Part shown: positions 1 to 10,187 of the stretch, one piece after another
How positions within the stretch are numbered: position 1 is the stretch's first letter
Layout of the letters: the number at the start of each line of letters is the position of its first letter
Virus record (IMG/VR): IMGVR_UViG_3300047545_000063
Span: 1-45,571 of that record
From: a virus
Taxonomy: Duplodnaviria > Caudoviricetes
Length of the DNA stretch: 45,571 bases
Strand: one strand, 5' to 3'
Program-made: the position numbers and the translations under genes
The notes under the pieces: generated by a model
The model's input: only the letters and a program-made list of their open reading frames with translations
Databases searched by the model: none
What the model was told of the DNA's origin: nothing

Positions 1-3000
1 CTCTTGTATGCACCCTGGTTTATAGCCTTTAGGTTGTCTGCACCAAAGCTTGATACCGCATACTTGCTCATTACAAACTCTCCTGGAGTTAGCATAGCAG
101 GAACGATGTCTGAACCTAGTGGCTTACCACCATTAGCAAAGTATTTAACCATACCGCCACTAGCTAGGGCTACAGATCTACCTGTGTTGGCACCTGCAGC
201 ATTTAGGTAATCAGTTAGTTGGCTTCCAGACGCTACGCCAGTCTCTACAGCCTGAACAACACCCTTGAAGTAAGACTCATTAGCCTGACCAATTCTGGAT
301 GTTAGAACACCCTTCGAGGTTGTGCTGATTGTGCTGAAATCGAATGGCTTTGGGCTTGAGGCTGTCGTGGTTCCACCATTTCCTAGAAGCTTATTTGCAG
401 CCTCTAGAGCCTGCGCATAGTTCCATGCGTTATATGCAGCATTCTTAATTTGTGCGTCAAGAAGCTTCCACTTAAGTTCCTGGTCTACAAGAGTAGATAT
501 AATATCGTCTCTGGCATCTTCTAGAAGCTGAATTCTGTAACGTGCTGGCTCTATTGAGTCTTCTTCAATCTTTGCAATTTCCTTAGTCTTGCTTAGGAGT
601 GTGTCTTCGATCTGAACACGAGTCATCTTTACACCATTTACAGTTGTACTTACGTTCTTAAGCTCATTGTCCCTTGCCTGCTCAATAATTCTTCTTCTGG
701 ATTCCGCAGCTTGGCTAGCCTTGTCTGCTCTAAACTTCTGAATGGCTGTAGCAGCTGCTGAGGAGTCTCCAGAAGCCATAGCTCTAGCTAGCTCAAACTC
801 TGAGCGTTGTGCCTCTATGGCACGTCTGCGAGCTTCCTCGACCTTATCTAGAGCTGATAGTCGCTCATCGTACTTCTTGTTAATCTCGTCTTCTTGGTAT
901 CCAATTTGGTCTAGACCGTACTGTAGGTCATCAATGCCACCAGGCTCATTAACAATCTTATCAATTTGATCTTGTGCCTTACGGATACCGTCTTCAAGTG
1001 CCTTGGTATCTGCCTCGAACTTAATCTCTACAGCTTCCTGGCGATCTCCGATAATTCCCATTGCCTTGTCATACATGTCGCCAAATTGCTCTTCGACTGT
1101 CTTAGATTCTTGTATTGCTTGGATGCGCTGTCTAATCTTGGCAATCTGGATATCTATTGCGTCTGTGGTTTCTGCGCTTGTCAGTGCCCATGCTACCTGA
1201 GAATCTGCTGCTATCTGAGTTGCATCTGCCTCGTCAAATCCCCTTGAAATTAGCAAGTCCCTAGCCTTGGCTGCCATTTGCGCAGCATCTGCTTCTGTCT
1301 TATAGGCATCTGCTGTCTCTTCAAGCACTAGCTTGCGCTCAAATGCAACTAGCTTCTCTCCCTGTGCATTAAGACCCTTTGACATCTGACCCTTGTTAAA
1401 GTACTTCTTGACAAACTGCTTTTGCTCTTCGTCGCTTAGGTCAGTAATAATCTTCACCATCTCTGGAGATAGACCAACTGCCTTTAGCTTATCCTTAAGA
1501 TATTCCTCTAGACCCACACCACCAGATGCTACATTCATACTCTTGAGAGCTGCTGCAGATGCGTCGAATCCAGTCGTCAGCTTTTGTGTCCACTTGAGGG
1601 CATTCTTTGCACGTCTCACATAGTCATCTAGCCATGAAGAATCTGGAGCACCAGAACCGTCTGGGGTTGTTGGCTCATCTGGGTTTAGCAAATTGTTGAT
1701 GCTATTAACATTGATTACTTCCTCAGCCTCACGTCTTGCCATAGATGCCTGTGCTGCTCTTCTAATTGCATCGTCCCCAGTTGGGTCTAGTTCAAACCTT
1801 GATCCATCGTACTTACCGCCAGTAGTAGTGGTAGTCTTTTTAGTGAATGGGTCAGTATATGTTCCATTCTTAGAGTTTTGCTTGATGTAGGCATCTACCT
1901 CAGAATCGTCAAACTTAACAGTCATGATTGTCTGCATGTACAGTACCTGCTGAACTGGGTCTAGCTTGCTGAACCACTCCTGGTTATTCTTGAGCTGCTC
2001 GATAGCAGCTGGGTCTGTAATAACCTTTGACTTGATGATGGCTTCTACGTTAAGCTCTCCATTTTCCTTTAGGTCATTTAAAGTCTTTATCTGTCCAAGA
2101 AGGTTATCTAGATTATCTCCGTCTTGCAGATACTTTAGAGTAGCAGTCATAGTTAGGTCACCGAATGTGTCCTTGTATGTTCCAACCATAGAATAGATGT
2201 CTAGAATAGCCTGCTTGTCTTCTGGCTTTCCAGCTGTCTTAAACTGTGCGATCAGGGTTCCTGTGTGAACATTTGCATCTGTGAACATCTGAAGAACGTT
2301 TGCTAGCTGTGTACCTGCAGCTCCACCAAGGTCTGTAACAATATCCACATACAGCTGCTGTCTTCCAGCACCACCATTTGATCCGTCGTCATAGAAGATT
2401 CCTCCTTCTTCAAACCAGCTTGCTGCTGTTTCAGGGTCGATATTTCCAGCCTCTAGGTTTACCAGGAAGGCAATCCTTGCTGTTCCAGACATAGTGCTCT
2501 TGTCAGAATCCGCTATCGTCTCAGCAACCTTACGTAATGGCTCATTTTCATCGCCCTCGAACTTTACATTGATTGATTGCTGCAGACCTTCTACGATTGT
2601 GTCTACTCCACCTACGTCGGTTCCAGTTCTTGAAATCTGGTAAGTTGAAGGCTGGGCATTCTCTGCACTACCCTCTGTCCAGTAGCCCTTGTAGCCCTCC
2701 ATGCCAGCAACAGACTTCATGAGTGTTGAAAACTTGCTTGTGTATGACTGCAGAGCCTTAGCTCTCTTTTCTTCATACTCTTGCTTCTTTGCACTAGCTT
2801 CAGCAATCTTGCCCTGCTTCTCTAGGCTTTCAATAATTGGCAAATAAGCAGAGTCAATAGTGTCTAGGAGTACCTGACCGTTTTGGGTTAGTGCCGATGC
2901 GTATGACCCCATGTCTTCGATGTCTGCAGTATACTGAGCTGTATCTCCAGTGAACAGTCCATTAAACCACTCTAGTGGGTTAAGACCACCCTGTGCAGTT

Positions 3001-6000
3001 GTTCTCTGCATAGCCTCGCCAATTAGGTCTGCATCATCTTCTATTAGCAGATTTACAGCAATATCAATGGGGTGTTTTGTAACGTCGAATCCGTCCAGAC
3101 CGACAAGCTCCTGGATTTTTCCTGTGATTCCTACAGTTAGAGAGAAGTCGCCCAGCTGATCTCCTAGGGCTGTTGCTACTGAATATGCCTGCTCTTTGGT
3201 AAGCATACCAGTTGCAATTGCGGTAGCCAAATCTCTACCAACAGACTTAATGGCTGCTGCTCTATCCGTCTTGGCAATTTCTGCTGCACCCTCAAGCATC
3301 TGAAGACCAGCGTCAGTCTCTAGGAATGTATTTCCAAAAGGAGTCTTTCCTGCTGCAAAACCTAGTGTTGAGAATTGAGAGCCTCTACGTCTTTTCATAA
3401 TCTCAGTTGGTGTAGCCTGACCAGTTGCCTCTGCAAATCCCTGAAGTTCGTTCGAAGTTGTTTGCATACCTTCGCCCAAGACTCTAAAGCCCTTGGCAGT
3501 TTCTTTAACTACCTCATTAGCAATCTCAAAGCCAGTTGCCAGGATTCCAAGACCAGCGATAATTGGAGCTATTGGACCACCCAAAGCACTAGCACCCATA
3601 CGTGCAGCAAAGCCTGCACCCACTCTGCCTGCAAGACCAAGAGCAGCCTTACCGCTAGCATTAGCTGCTGCGCTGCGACCTGCTGCTACTGCTGCTGAAG
3701 TGCCTGCTCCTCTTGCTGCCTTGGCTCCAGTAAATGCAGTCTTCATTGTGTTTCCAAAAGTCTTAACTCCAGAAATCATCTTGCTGCCTCTAAACATATT
3801 TGCGACCTCAGCAAGGGAGCCTACAACTAGGGCGATATTTCCAGCGTTCATAAGAGCTTCATTGCCCATTGAGCCACCAGCCATGGCTGCTGCCATACCT
3901 AGAGAGCTACCAATCATTCCTACCTTGCTTGGACGATATCCTCTGGTGCCATCAGCATCTGCGCCTGCAGAACCAACTCTTGGCTTGCGTCTGGTGACCT
4001 TTGCGGTTGGGGTAGCCTTAGCCTCAGCTGCCCTTTGACGTGCTCGTTCGTTTCTAGAGTCTAGTCTAATAAGTCTTTGGGCTTCTTCCTTACTTAGAAG
4101 TTTGCCAGTCTCTCTACTCTGGTACTTACCAGATTGAGTAATACGTACTCTCTTCGTACCGCCATCCTCAAAGGCATCTGCGGCAGTCTCTCCAAGCTTA
4201 GCTGCTGCTTTCTTTACCTTCTTGTTGCTGTCTTCAAGACCCTTCTCAACTCCGTCAACAATGTTGTCAGTAGCCTCGACCATCTTCTTTGAAGGCGAAC
4301 GTGATCTGGAACTCTTGTTCAGTGCCCTAGCAACTAATGTCTGGCTATCACCAGCTTTAGTTCTTGCTGGAGCCTTTGGTGCTCTTCCAATTCCCTTTGC
4401 ACCCACTAGACGTGCTGCATCAGCATCTAGAATGTCTGACTCTGTTAGAGCAGACTTTTGCCTTGTATATCCACCAAAACGTCCAATAGGCTGAGCCTTC
4501 TGCTTATACCCAACAACCTTGCCACGGCTCTTACTAAACCTTCTGTCGCCAACGACAACTCCAGTCACTGGGTCAACAACCTGCTGTCCACGAAGGGTTA
4601 GTCTACCATCCCTTACTCGCTCTTCCATTTCTGCACCAGTAAATGTGCCACGAACGTCTGCAAGAACCCTAGATCTGTTACGAAGAATATTAGCTACCTT
4701 GCTGCGCTTGCCTCTACCAGTCGCTGCCTCGCCTAGGACTTCTCTAGTAACCTCTGCAAGTAATCCATCTTTTACACGTACACCATCTTTACGTGCTTTG
4801 GCTGCTGCCCTCTTGCCAATTTCATCCTCTAGCTCTTGAAGAATCTTTCTTCCCTCTAGGTCATTAGCATCTAGACCACCAGCAAGGGCAGTGCCTGTTA
4901 GCTTGTTTCTAATTGAATTCCAAGAACGCTCAAAGTCATCTGGGTCAATCCCATTCATTGATTCACGAAGATTTTGGTTCATCTCATTAGATAGCTCGGC
5001 AACTAACGATCCAGAGAACTTAATCCTACGCTTATTCTCTTCTGACATAGAGTCAAAGTTTGGATATAGTTCTAGTATTTGCTTTCTTACATCTGGGTCA
5101 TTTACATCCAATTCTCCCTGAAGGTGTGACTTCTGGGTCTTCAGACCAAGATTAAAACCAGGAATCTTTCCATCGACCATAGCGTTGATTAGCGGTGCGT
5201 ATCTCTTGGCATACTTCTTTGGAATAACTGCTTCTCCAGGAGTAAGCATTGCAGGAACTGTGTCTGTGTTTCCTGTGCCTGGTACGCTAACGACACCAGA
5301 GTTATACTTCTTAAACTGCTTAGACTGCTTCGGTAGATTTACATTAGAGTGTATTTCGTGATACTTAGTCCAGTCTACATTTCTACCGTCCTCAAGTCTC
5401 TTAATCATGTTCTCGTAATACGGCAACTCATCTGGAGAAAGCTCCATAGAGTTAACTGTCTTACGAAGCTTTGGCAATACCTCGTCAATTTCAGAGCGCA
5501 TCATCTGTGCGTACTGCTGTGCAGTCATGCCTCTTACCATGTCAGCGGTTGACTCTGCGAATGCCTTCTTGGCACCACCCTTAACTGCTAGTAGGTTAAT
5601 CTTTGCCTGATCTTCTAGAGATGGCATGTTGGGCTCGTAGTCACGAACACCAGAGGCTCTGCTAAATACTCCTGCAGTTCCAACGTCTGGAAGAACGTCT
5701 CCGTAGACGTTATCTGCTGAAAGGTCCTTGTCTCCACGAACTAGGGATGCTAGCAGTTGCTTGAAGTACTGCTTCTTTGTAAACTTGCCTGTTGGTGAAG
5801 AGAATGTAGGGTCAAGTGGTGACTCTAGTGCTAGAAACTTTCTCTGTCCGCTTCTGTCAGATGGGTCCTTGAGAACAACAATCTTTTGCTCTGGTGAGCG
5901 TAGACCATGAGCCTCTCTTGCAATCTTGGTTGCACGAATCTCTGCTAGAGCTGCCTTGTCGTCCATAACTGGCTTAACATAAACTCTAGAACCATCTTGC

Positions 6001-8336
6001 TTTTGGTATACTCCACCAAGACCAAAGATTGGGAAGCTGTGTCCAGAACCAGGAGTTACTTGTCTCTGGTAGTCTTCTGGTTGCTGATCCTTAAACTTGC
6101 TTTGCTGGAAGATTGAAGAAACTTCCTTGGCTACTTCTCTTTCCTTTGATACACGCTTGAATGACTTTGGCATACCTAGGAATCCCTTGGCAAATCCAGG
6201 AATGTTTCCAGAGATCATGCCCTGGATAAATCCAGAATACTTCTGAGCCATCTTAGCTGGAATAACTGCCTCGCCTGGAGCAAGCATCGCTGGAACAATG
6301 TCACCAGCACCCTTTGGACCTGGAACAGAGATTACACCGCTAGCATACTTCTTAGGAGCTGCCTTTGCTCTTCTTGTTGCTGGAACAGCAAACGCTGCCT
6401 GAGCAGTAGTGGCACGTGAGTAGGCAGCTGTTAGATTGTCAATGGCTGTCTTTTCAGAAGTGTAGGTTTGACGAAGCTTAGAGTGTGCCTGGTTCAGAGA
6501 TGCGGATACAGATAGTGCCTCTAGCTGTTCTTGTGTTAGATAGTTTACACTTTCGCCTAGGGCACCTGTTCCACCCTTAAGTTTTAGGAATACGTTACGT
6601 ACCGCTGCAAAACCCTTAATAATATTTGCAACACCGTTGGCTAGCAAACCGAATGTCATAATAGCAATAGGACCAATGATGCCTAGACCTGCAGTCATTG
6701 CTACAATAAATGTCTTTGTTCCATCGCTTAGCTTGTTGAACTCTTTCAGAGCATTGCCTGCGAACTCTAGGATTGGAGTAGCAATCTTTAGGAACTGCTC
6801 TCCGAGTGGGATCAGGGATGCCTTAAGCTCTTCTACGGACTTCTGGAACTTAGTAAGCGGTGACTCCTCTAGCTTGCGCAATTCTCGTTCTGCAACGATG
6901 GCAAGCTCTTCTGTGCTGTTTGTTGTAAGCTGTAGCACCTTGGAAGCCTGACTGCCATCCTTGATAACGTTTTGGAACAAGGTAGAAAGACGTGAGAACT
7001 GGAACTTACCGAATAGCTGCTCGATAGCACGTGCACGGTTTAGTGGATCTAGCTTATCTAGTGCACTAGCAAAGTCTACAACCAAGCCCTGAATGTTACC
7101 CTTGTTAGCTTCTACAATACCCTTGATGTTTACCCCGAAGCCTGCAAGGAACTCAGATGCCTTTGCGGTTGGGTTGATCAAAGATGCCAGACCAGACTTT
7201 AGAGCGTTAGCACCTTCAGAAGCGTTAATACCACCTTCACGCATGGCGGTTAGGAAGAACGCTAGGTCCTCTACGTCACCACCTAGCTGTTGAACGACTG
7301 GACCTGCCTTTGGAATGGCGATAGTTAGGTCTTCGATAGATGTTACGGTCTGGTTTTCTACAGAGTTCAGGAAGTTAATCTTACCAGCAAGCTTGTCTGC
7401 AGCAGTTCCGAAGGCGTTTGTCAAGGAGATAGTTGTCTCAAGAGCTTCTGCTTGTTCCACTCCACCAAGTACTGCAAGTCTTGTCGCTTCCGATACCTGA
7501 GCTGTTAGCTCTGCACCCTGCTTACCCATGGCAGCAGCGTCAGCAGCGAGACCCATAGTCTTCTCAACAGCTACACCATATCTTGTGAATTCATTAGCAA
7601 GGTCCTTGATGCTCTTGACCATAGCGTCTGTTTGCTGAACTGTGGTATTGAAGTCACCATATACACGACGTAGGCGAATGACCTGCTTCTCCATGTCCAT
7701 GAATGCCTTACCAGCGGTAGTTGCAAACATGGTTAGAGGAATGGTAAAACCAACCATAAGCTGACGACCAGCCCACTGGGTGTTCTTACCAAAGTTTAGA
7801 AGATTTGTAGAACCTTGCTTAAGTACCTGATTAAAGATCTGTTGCTTTTGTGCAGCAATAGCAGTCTTAGTAGCAAGGTTTTCCATGTCAAGCGACAGGG
7901 GTCTGACGGCAATTGACTTCATTGCGCCATTAGCATCTCTGCCTAGCTTGATGTATTGTGTCTGGATTGTTTTGACACGCTCACGAGCAACCTTTTCAAC
8001 AGTTGCCATTTCGGTCTTAAACATTCTACCAAATGTCTTGGTAGACCCCATGCCGTATCTAAAGTACTCTCCAAGCGATAGCTTGTTTTTCTCTAGAGAT
8101 GTTGTGAACTGATCAGTGGTTGTCTTGATGTTCTTTACAGAAGCTGCAAACTGACCAGTTGCATTGATGTTGTTTATTAGGTCTTTTTGGAGATTGGTAG
8201 CAGCTGTTCTGTTGGCTGCGTTACCCTTCGCCATTGCAGACTGAAAGACTGATATCTGTCTCTGAAGTTCTCTTAGAGTCGCTAACGCACCGCTACCGTC
8301 TATATCTAAGCGAACATTGGAGTTGATATCAGCCAT
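1..8336 (-). CDS. Tape measure protein, >2778 aa, truncated by the left window edge; carries an internal kinase-like domain
   Basis: Manual translation from ATG 8336 (MADINSNVRLDIDGSGALATLRELQRQ...) stays open to base 3 (...NLKAINQGAYK). It has a TP901-type TMP core (AFFLTAMREGGINASEGANALKSGL), Ala/Gly-rich and coiled-coil segments, and lies right after the tail chaperones. Confidence 0.95.
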   Translation of the reverse strand, partial: MADINSNVRLDIDGSGALATLRELQRQISVFQSAMAKGNAANRTAATNLQKDLINNINATGQFAASVKNIKTTTDQFTTSLEKNKLSLGEYFRYGMGSTKTFGRMFKTEMATVEKVARERVKTIQTQYIKLGRDANGAMKSIAVRPLSLDMENLATKTAIAAQKQQIFNQVLKQGSTNLLNFGKNTQWAGRQLMVGFTIPLTMFATTAGKAFMDMEKQVIRLRRVYGDFNTTVQQTDAMVKSIKDLANEFTRYGVAVEKTMGLAADAAAMGKQGAELTAQVSEATRLAVLGGVEQAEALETTISLTNAFGTAADKLAGKINFLNSVENQTVTSIEDLTIAIPKAGPVVQQLGGDVEDLAFFLTAMREGGINASEGANALKSGLASLINPTAKASEFLAGFGVNIKGIVEANKGNIQGLVVDFASALDKLDPLNRARAIEQLFGKFQFSRLSTLFQNVIKDGSQASKVLQLTTNSTEELAIVAERELRKLEESPLTKFQKSVEELKASLIPLGEQFLKIATPILEFAGNALKEFNKLSDGTKTFIVAMTAGLGIIGPIAIMTFGLLANGVANIIKGFAAVRNVFLKLKGGTGALGESVNYLTQEQLEALSVSASLNQAHSKLRQTYTSEKTAIDNLTAAYSRATTAQAAFAVPATRRAKAAPKKYASGVISVPGPKGAGDIVPAMLAPGEAVIPAKMAQKYSGFIQGMISGNIPGFAKGFLGMPKSFKRVSKEREVAKEVSSIFQQSKFKDQQPEDYQRQVTPGSGHSFPIFGLGGVYQKQDGSRVYVKPVMDDKAALAEIRATKIAREAHGLRSPEQKIVVLKDPSDRSGQRKFLALESPLDPTFSSPTGKFTKKQYFKQLLASLVRGDKDLSADNVYGDVLPDVGTAGVFSRASGVRDYEPNMPSLEDQAKINLLAVKGGAKKAFAESTADMVRGMTAQQYAQMMRSEIDEVLPKLRKTVNSMELSPDELPYYENMIKRLEDGRNVDWTKYHEIHSNVNLPKQSKQFKKYNSGVVSVPGTGNTDTVPAMLTPGEAVIPKKYAKRYAPLINAMVDGKIPGFNLGLKTQKSHLQGELDVNDPDVRKQILELYPNFDSMSEENKRRIKFSGSLVAELSNEMNQNLRESMNGIDPDDFERSWNSIRNKLTGTALAGGLDANDLEGRKILQELEDEIGKRAAAKARKDGVRVKDGLLAEVTREVLGEAATGRGKRSKVANILRNRSRVLADVRGTFTGAEMEERVRDGRLTLRGQQVVDPVTGVVVGDRRFSKSRGKVVGYKQKAQPIGRFGGYTRQKSALTESDILDADAARLVGAKGIGRAPKAPARTKAGDSQTLVARALNKSSRSRSPSKKMVEATDNIVDGVEKGLEDSNKKVKKAAAKLGETAADAFEDGGTKRVRITQSGKYQSRETGKLLSKEEAQRLIRLDSRNERARQRAAEAKATPTAKVTRRKPRVGSAGADADGTRGYRPSKVGMIGSSLGMAAAMAGGSMGNEALMNAGNIALVVGSLAEVANMFRGSKMISGVKTFGNTMKTAFTGAKAARGAGTSAAVAAGRSAAANASGKAALGLAGRVGAGFAARMGASALGGPIAPIIAGLGILATGFEIANEVVKETAKGFRVLGEGMQTTSNELQGFAEATGQATPTEIMKRRRGSQFSTLGFAAGKTPFGNTFLETDAGLQMLEGAAEIAKTDRAAAIKSVGRDLATAIATGMLTKEQAYSVATALGDQLGDFSLTVGITGKIQELVGLDGFDVTKHPIDIAVNLLIEDDADLIGEAMQRTTAQGGLNPLEWFNGLFTGDTAQYTADIEDMGSYASALTQNGQVLLDTIDSAYLPIIESLEKQGKIAEASAKKQEYEEKRAKALQSYTSKFSTLMKSVAGMEGYKGYWTEGSAENAQPSTYQISRTGTDVGGVDTIVEGLQQSINVKFEGDENEPLRKVAETIADSDKSTMSGTARIAFLVNLEAGNIDPETAASWFEEGGIFYDDGSNGGAGRQQLYVDIVTDLGGAAGTQLANVLQMFTDANVHTGTLIAQFKTAGKPEDKQAILDIYSMVGTYKDTFGDLTMTATLKYLQDGDNLDNLLGQIKTLNDLKENGELNVEAIIKSKVITDPAAIEQLKNNQEWFSKLDPVQQVLYMQTIMTVKFDDSEVDAYIKQNSKNGTYTDPFTKKTTTTTGGKYDGSRFELDPTGDDAIRRAAQASMARREAEEVINVNSINNLLNPDEPTTPDGSGAPDSSWLDDYVRRAKNALKWTQKLTTGFDASAAALKSMNVASGGVGLEEYLKDKLKAVGLSPEMVKIITDLSDEEQKQFVKKYFNKGQMSKGLNAQGEKLVAFERKLVLEETADAYKTEADAAQMAAKARDLLISRGFDEADATQIAADSQVAWALTSAETTDAIDIQIAKIRQRIQAIQESKTVEEQFGDMYDKAMGIIGDRQEAVEIKFEADTKALEDGIRKAQDQIDKIVNEPGGIDDLQYGLDQIGYQEDEINKKYDERLSALDKVEEARRRAIEAQRSEFELARAMASGDSSAAATAIQKFRADKASQAAESRRRIIEQARDNELKNVSTTVNGVKMTRVQIEDTLLSKTKEIAKIEEDSIEPARYRIQLLEDARDDIISTLVDQELKWKLLDAQIKNAAYNAWNYAQALEAANKLLGNGGTTTASSPKPFDFSTISTTSKGVLTSRIGQANESYFKGVVQAVETGVASGSQLTDYLNAAGANTGRSVALASGGMVKYFANGGKPLGSDIVPAMLTPGEFVMSKYAVSSFGADNLKAINQGAYK

Positions 8337-8354
8337 TCAATACTACATCCTTTT

Positions 8355-8675
8355 TTAGGCGATACCGCCCAGAATTGCTGCATCAGCAAGCTTAATGCCA
8401 GATGCCTCTTCCACAATCTTGTATACTGTTGGTAGATCAAGTAGGTCTTCCAGTGCCTTTGCATCAGCCGATAGTTCTGGCTTATACTGCTTCATTGCAA
8501 TCTGTACGCACTCCATGAGCAAGTCAATTGATTTGTCGTTGTCGTCAGCTACGTCTGCGATACCCTCGAACTTCTTTGTGAATTCACGAAGAAGAGATAC
8601 CTTTAGCGGTCTTACATTAATTTGAGTTCCATCCAGTAGATCTACTACCTTTAGTTCGTTGATGGTTGTTGTCAT
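8355..8675 (-). CDS. Tail assembly chaperone, short (G-like) form
   Basis: 106 aa, directly upstream of the TMP, SD AAGGAGG; paralogous to the N-half of 8728-9408. Confidence 0.75.
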   Translation of the reverse strand: MTTTINELKVVDLLDGTQINVRPLKVSLLREFTKKFEGIADVADDNDKSIDLLMECVQIAMKQYKPELSADAKALEDLLDLPTVYKIVEEASGIKLADAAILGGIA

Positions 8676-8727
8676 TAGATTCCTCCTTTAAGGGTCTTAA
8701 TAATTATATCACAGTGTGATTGTTTTT

Positions 8728-9408
8728 TTAGTCTATTCTTTCATAGTCAAGACCCATGCCAATTCCGAAGCCTGCCTTAACTGCGTTCTGTCCCTGTAGT
8801 GCCAGTACGTCATTTGCACTAGTAGCCTGACCGCCAGAGAACACTCTAGCCTTCATGTCTTCCCATGCATTTGACTTGTTTGTTTGAGCATCTAAGTCTA
8901 CTCCCTGAATGGCAGCAAAGAACTTCTTATCTCCATAGTCTAAATCTCTTTTTGCGCTGAGTGTTGCCACTAGCTCTGGCATTGACATAGATCTTTCTAG
9001 TTCATCGTAGTCTTTCCAAATGCCTAGCAAAAAAGCCTCTGACTCTAGCTTAGCAAGATCCATCTCTTCCCAGCTAGTGCCACTTTCTTTAGCTTGCTCT
9101 ACTGGTGTCTCCTCTGACTTTGCATTAATCTTTACCCCTGCTGCAACGTCTAGAATCTTATACATAGTAGGTAGGTCAAAGGTGTCTTCTAGCTCTTCTA
9201 CCGTAGAGATTGTGGGCATGAACTGTTTCATTGTTATCAGGATGCACTTAGACAGCGCATTAATGCCTGCTTCTTCACCCTTAGATATCTTTAGCTCTTC
9301 GAATGATACTATAAACTCTCTTAGATACTTTATCTTTAGTGGTGTGATCTCTAGTGCTACCCCATCGACTGTCGTAACAATATCAATGTCATATATTTTA
9401 GTTGCCAT
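8728..9408 (-). CDS. Tail assembly chaperone, long (G-T-like) form
   Basis: Lies between major tail and TMP. Likely start ATG 9408 (MATKIYD), 6 nt after TATACT. N-half resembles 8355-8675; C-half (ESEAFLLGIWKDYDELERSMSMPEL) is extra. Confidence 0.7.
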   Translation of the reverse strand: MATKIYDIDIVTTVDGVALEITPLKIKYLREFIVSFEELKISKGEEAGINALSKCILITMKQFMPTISTVEELEDTFDLPTMYKILDVAAGVKINAKSEETPVEQAKESGTSWEEMDLAKLESEAFLLGIWKDYDELERSMSMPELVATLSAKRDLDYGDKKFFAAIQGVDLDAQTNKSNAWEDMKARVFSGGQATSANDVLALQGQNAVKAGFGIGMGLDYERID

Positions 9409-9422
9409 CTTACAAGTATACC

Positions 9423-9466
9423 AAAAATGCAAAACCGCCAAGACAATAAGTCCTGACGGTTTCGCT
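9423..9466 (-). terminator. Probable intrinsic terminator after the major tail gene
   Basis: Imperfect inverted repeat AAACCGCCA-AGAC / GTC-CTGACGGTTT followed by ATTTTT on the minus strand. Confidence 0.5.
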
Positions 9467-9479
9467 CTTTATTAAGTTA

Positions 9480-10112
9480 TTATGAGTTTGCAACGGTGCG
9501 GTCTACGATCTTACCGTAGGTTGCGTCGTTGTTTGGTAGCAAGCGGAATGATACCTCGAACATTGTAGCTTCGTCACGCTTTGCAGATACTGTTACGTTC
9601 TCAATTGAGAGCGCACGGTATGCAACATAGACTCGCTCGATCGATGTGCCTGCTGCACAGTCGCCTGTACCAGGACCGACTGCGATTAGACCACGCTCGA
9701 CTGGGCACTCACCAATATTGCCTGCTGTAAGTTCTAGTGTTGGGTTACCGCCTACTGTGGTTAGGTCACCGTCAACACCGCCCTTACCTGCGATTGCAAA
9801 TAGAAGGTTTTCTAGAGTAGCCTCTGCGAATGTGGTGTTTAGGTTTACAGTCATACCTTGCTTGTATAGCTTAGCTACGTCAAGCAACTGGTCAACCTGG
9901 ACCTCACCGAAGTCAGGCTGGAAAGAAAGCTCAAGACCGTTCATAGTGTAACCTACGTTACGGAAGTCAGCGTTATCCTCCAGGGTGTCCTTGTATGTGG
10001 TTCCTGCTTCATAAGCAGGTAGCAAATTGTTTGTTAGTTCGCCGTCTTCGTATGTGAAGAGTGCAGCTGCACCAACAATAATTTGGCTGTTTGTACCTCT
10101 GTTATATGCCAT
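9480..10112 (-). CDS. Major tail (tube) protein
   Basis: Likely start ATG 10112 with SD GAGGTG. Contains NVGYTMNGLELSFQPDFGEVQVDQ, typical of siphovirus tail tube proteins; position fits. Confidence 0.85.
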   Translation of the reverse strand: MAYNRGTNSQIIVGAAALFTYEDGELTNNLLPAYEAGTTYKDTLEDNADFRNVGYTMNGLELSFQPDFGEVQVDQLLDVAKLYKQGMTVNLNTTFAEATLENLLFAIAGKGGVDGDLTTVGGNPTLELTAGNIGECPVERGLIAVGPGTGDCAAGTSIERVYVAYRALSIENVTVSAKRDEATMFEVSFRLLPNNDATYGKIVDRTVANS

Positions 10113-10187
10113 ATTTTTCACCTCTTTTTTCTATATGGAATTAGTGGGCGTGTTTCCTCAAGTTAATTATATCAGTCTTTTCATAAA

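Noticed and set aside
5221-6350. Intein or intron explaining the TMP insert
   Set aside because: No C/S...HN splice motifs or homing endonuclease motifs were seen, and the frame is uninterrupted.
4-8112. Numerous plus-strand ORFs of 60-181 aa in the ORF track
   Set aside because: They are antisense shadows of the continuous minus-strand TMP frame, with Ser/Leu-rich composition and no convincing ribosome-binding sites.
8355-9408. Programmed frameshift joining the two chaperone ORFs
   Set aside because: The ORFs are separated by a 52-nt gap with its own promoter and SD, and they are paralogs with the long one first.
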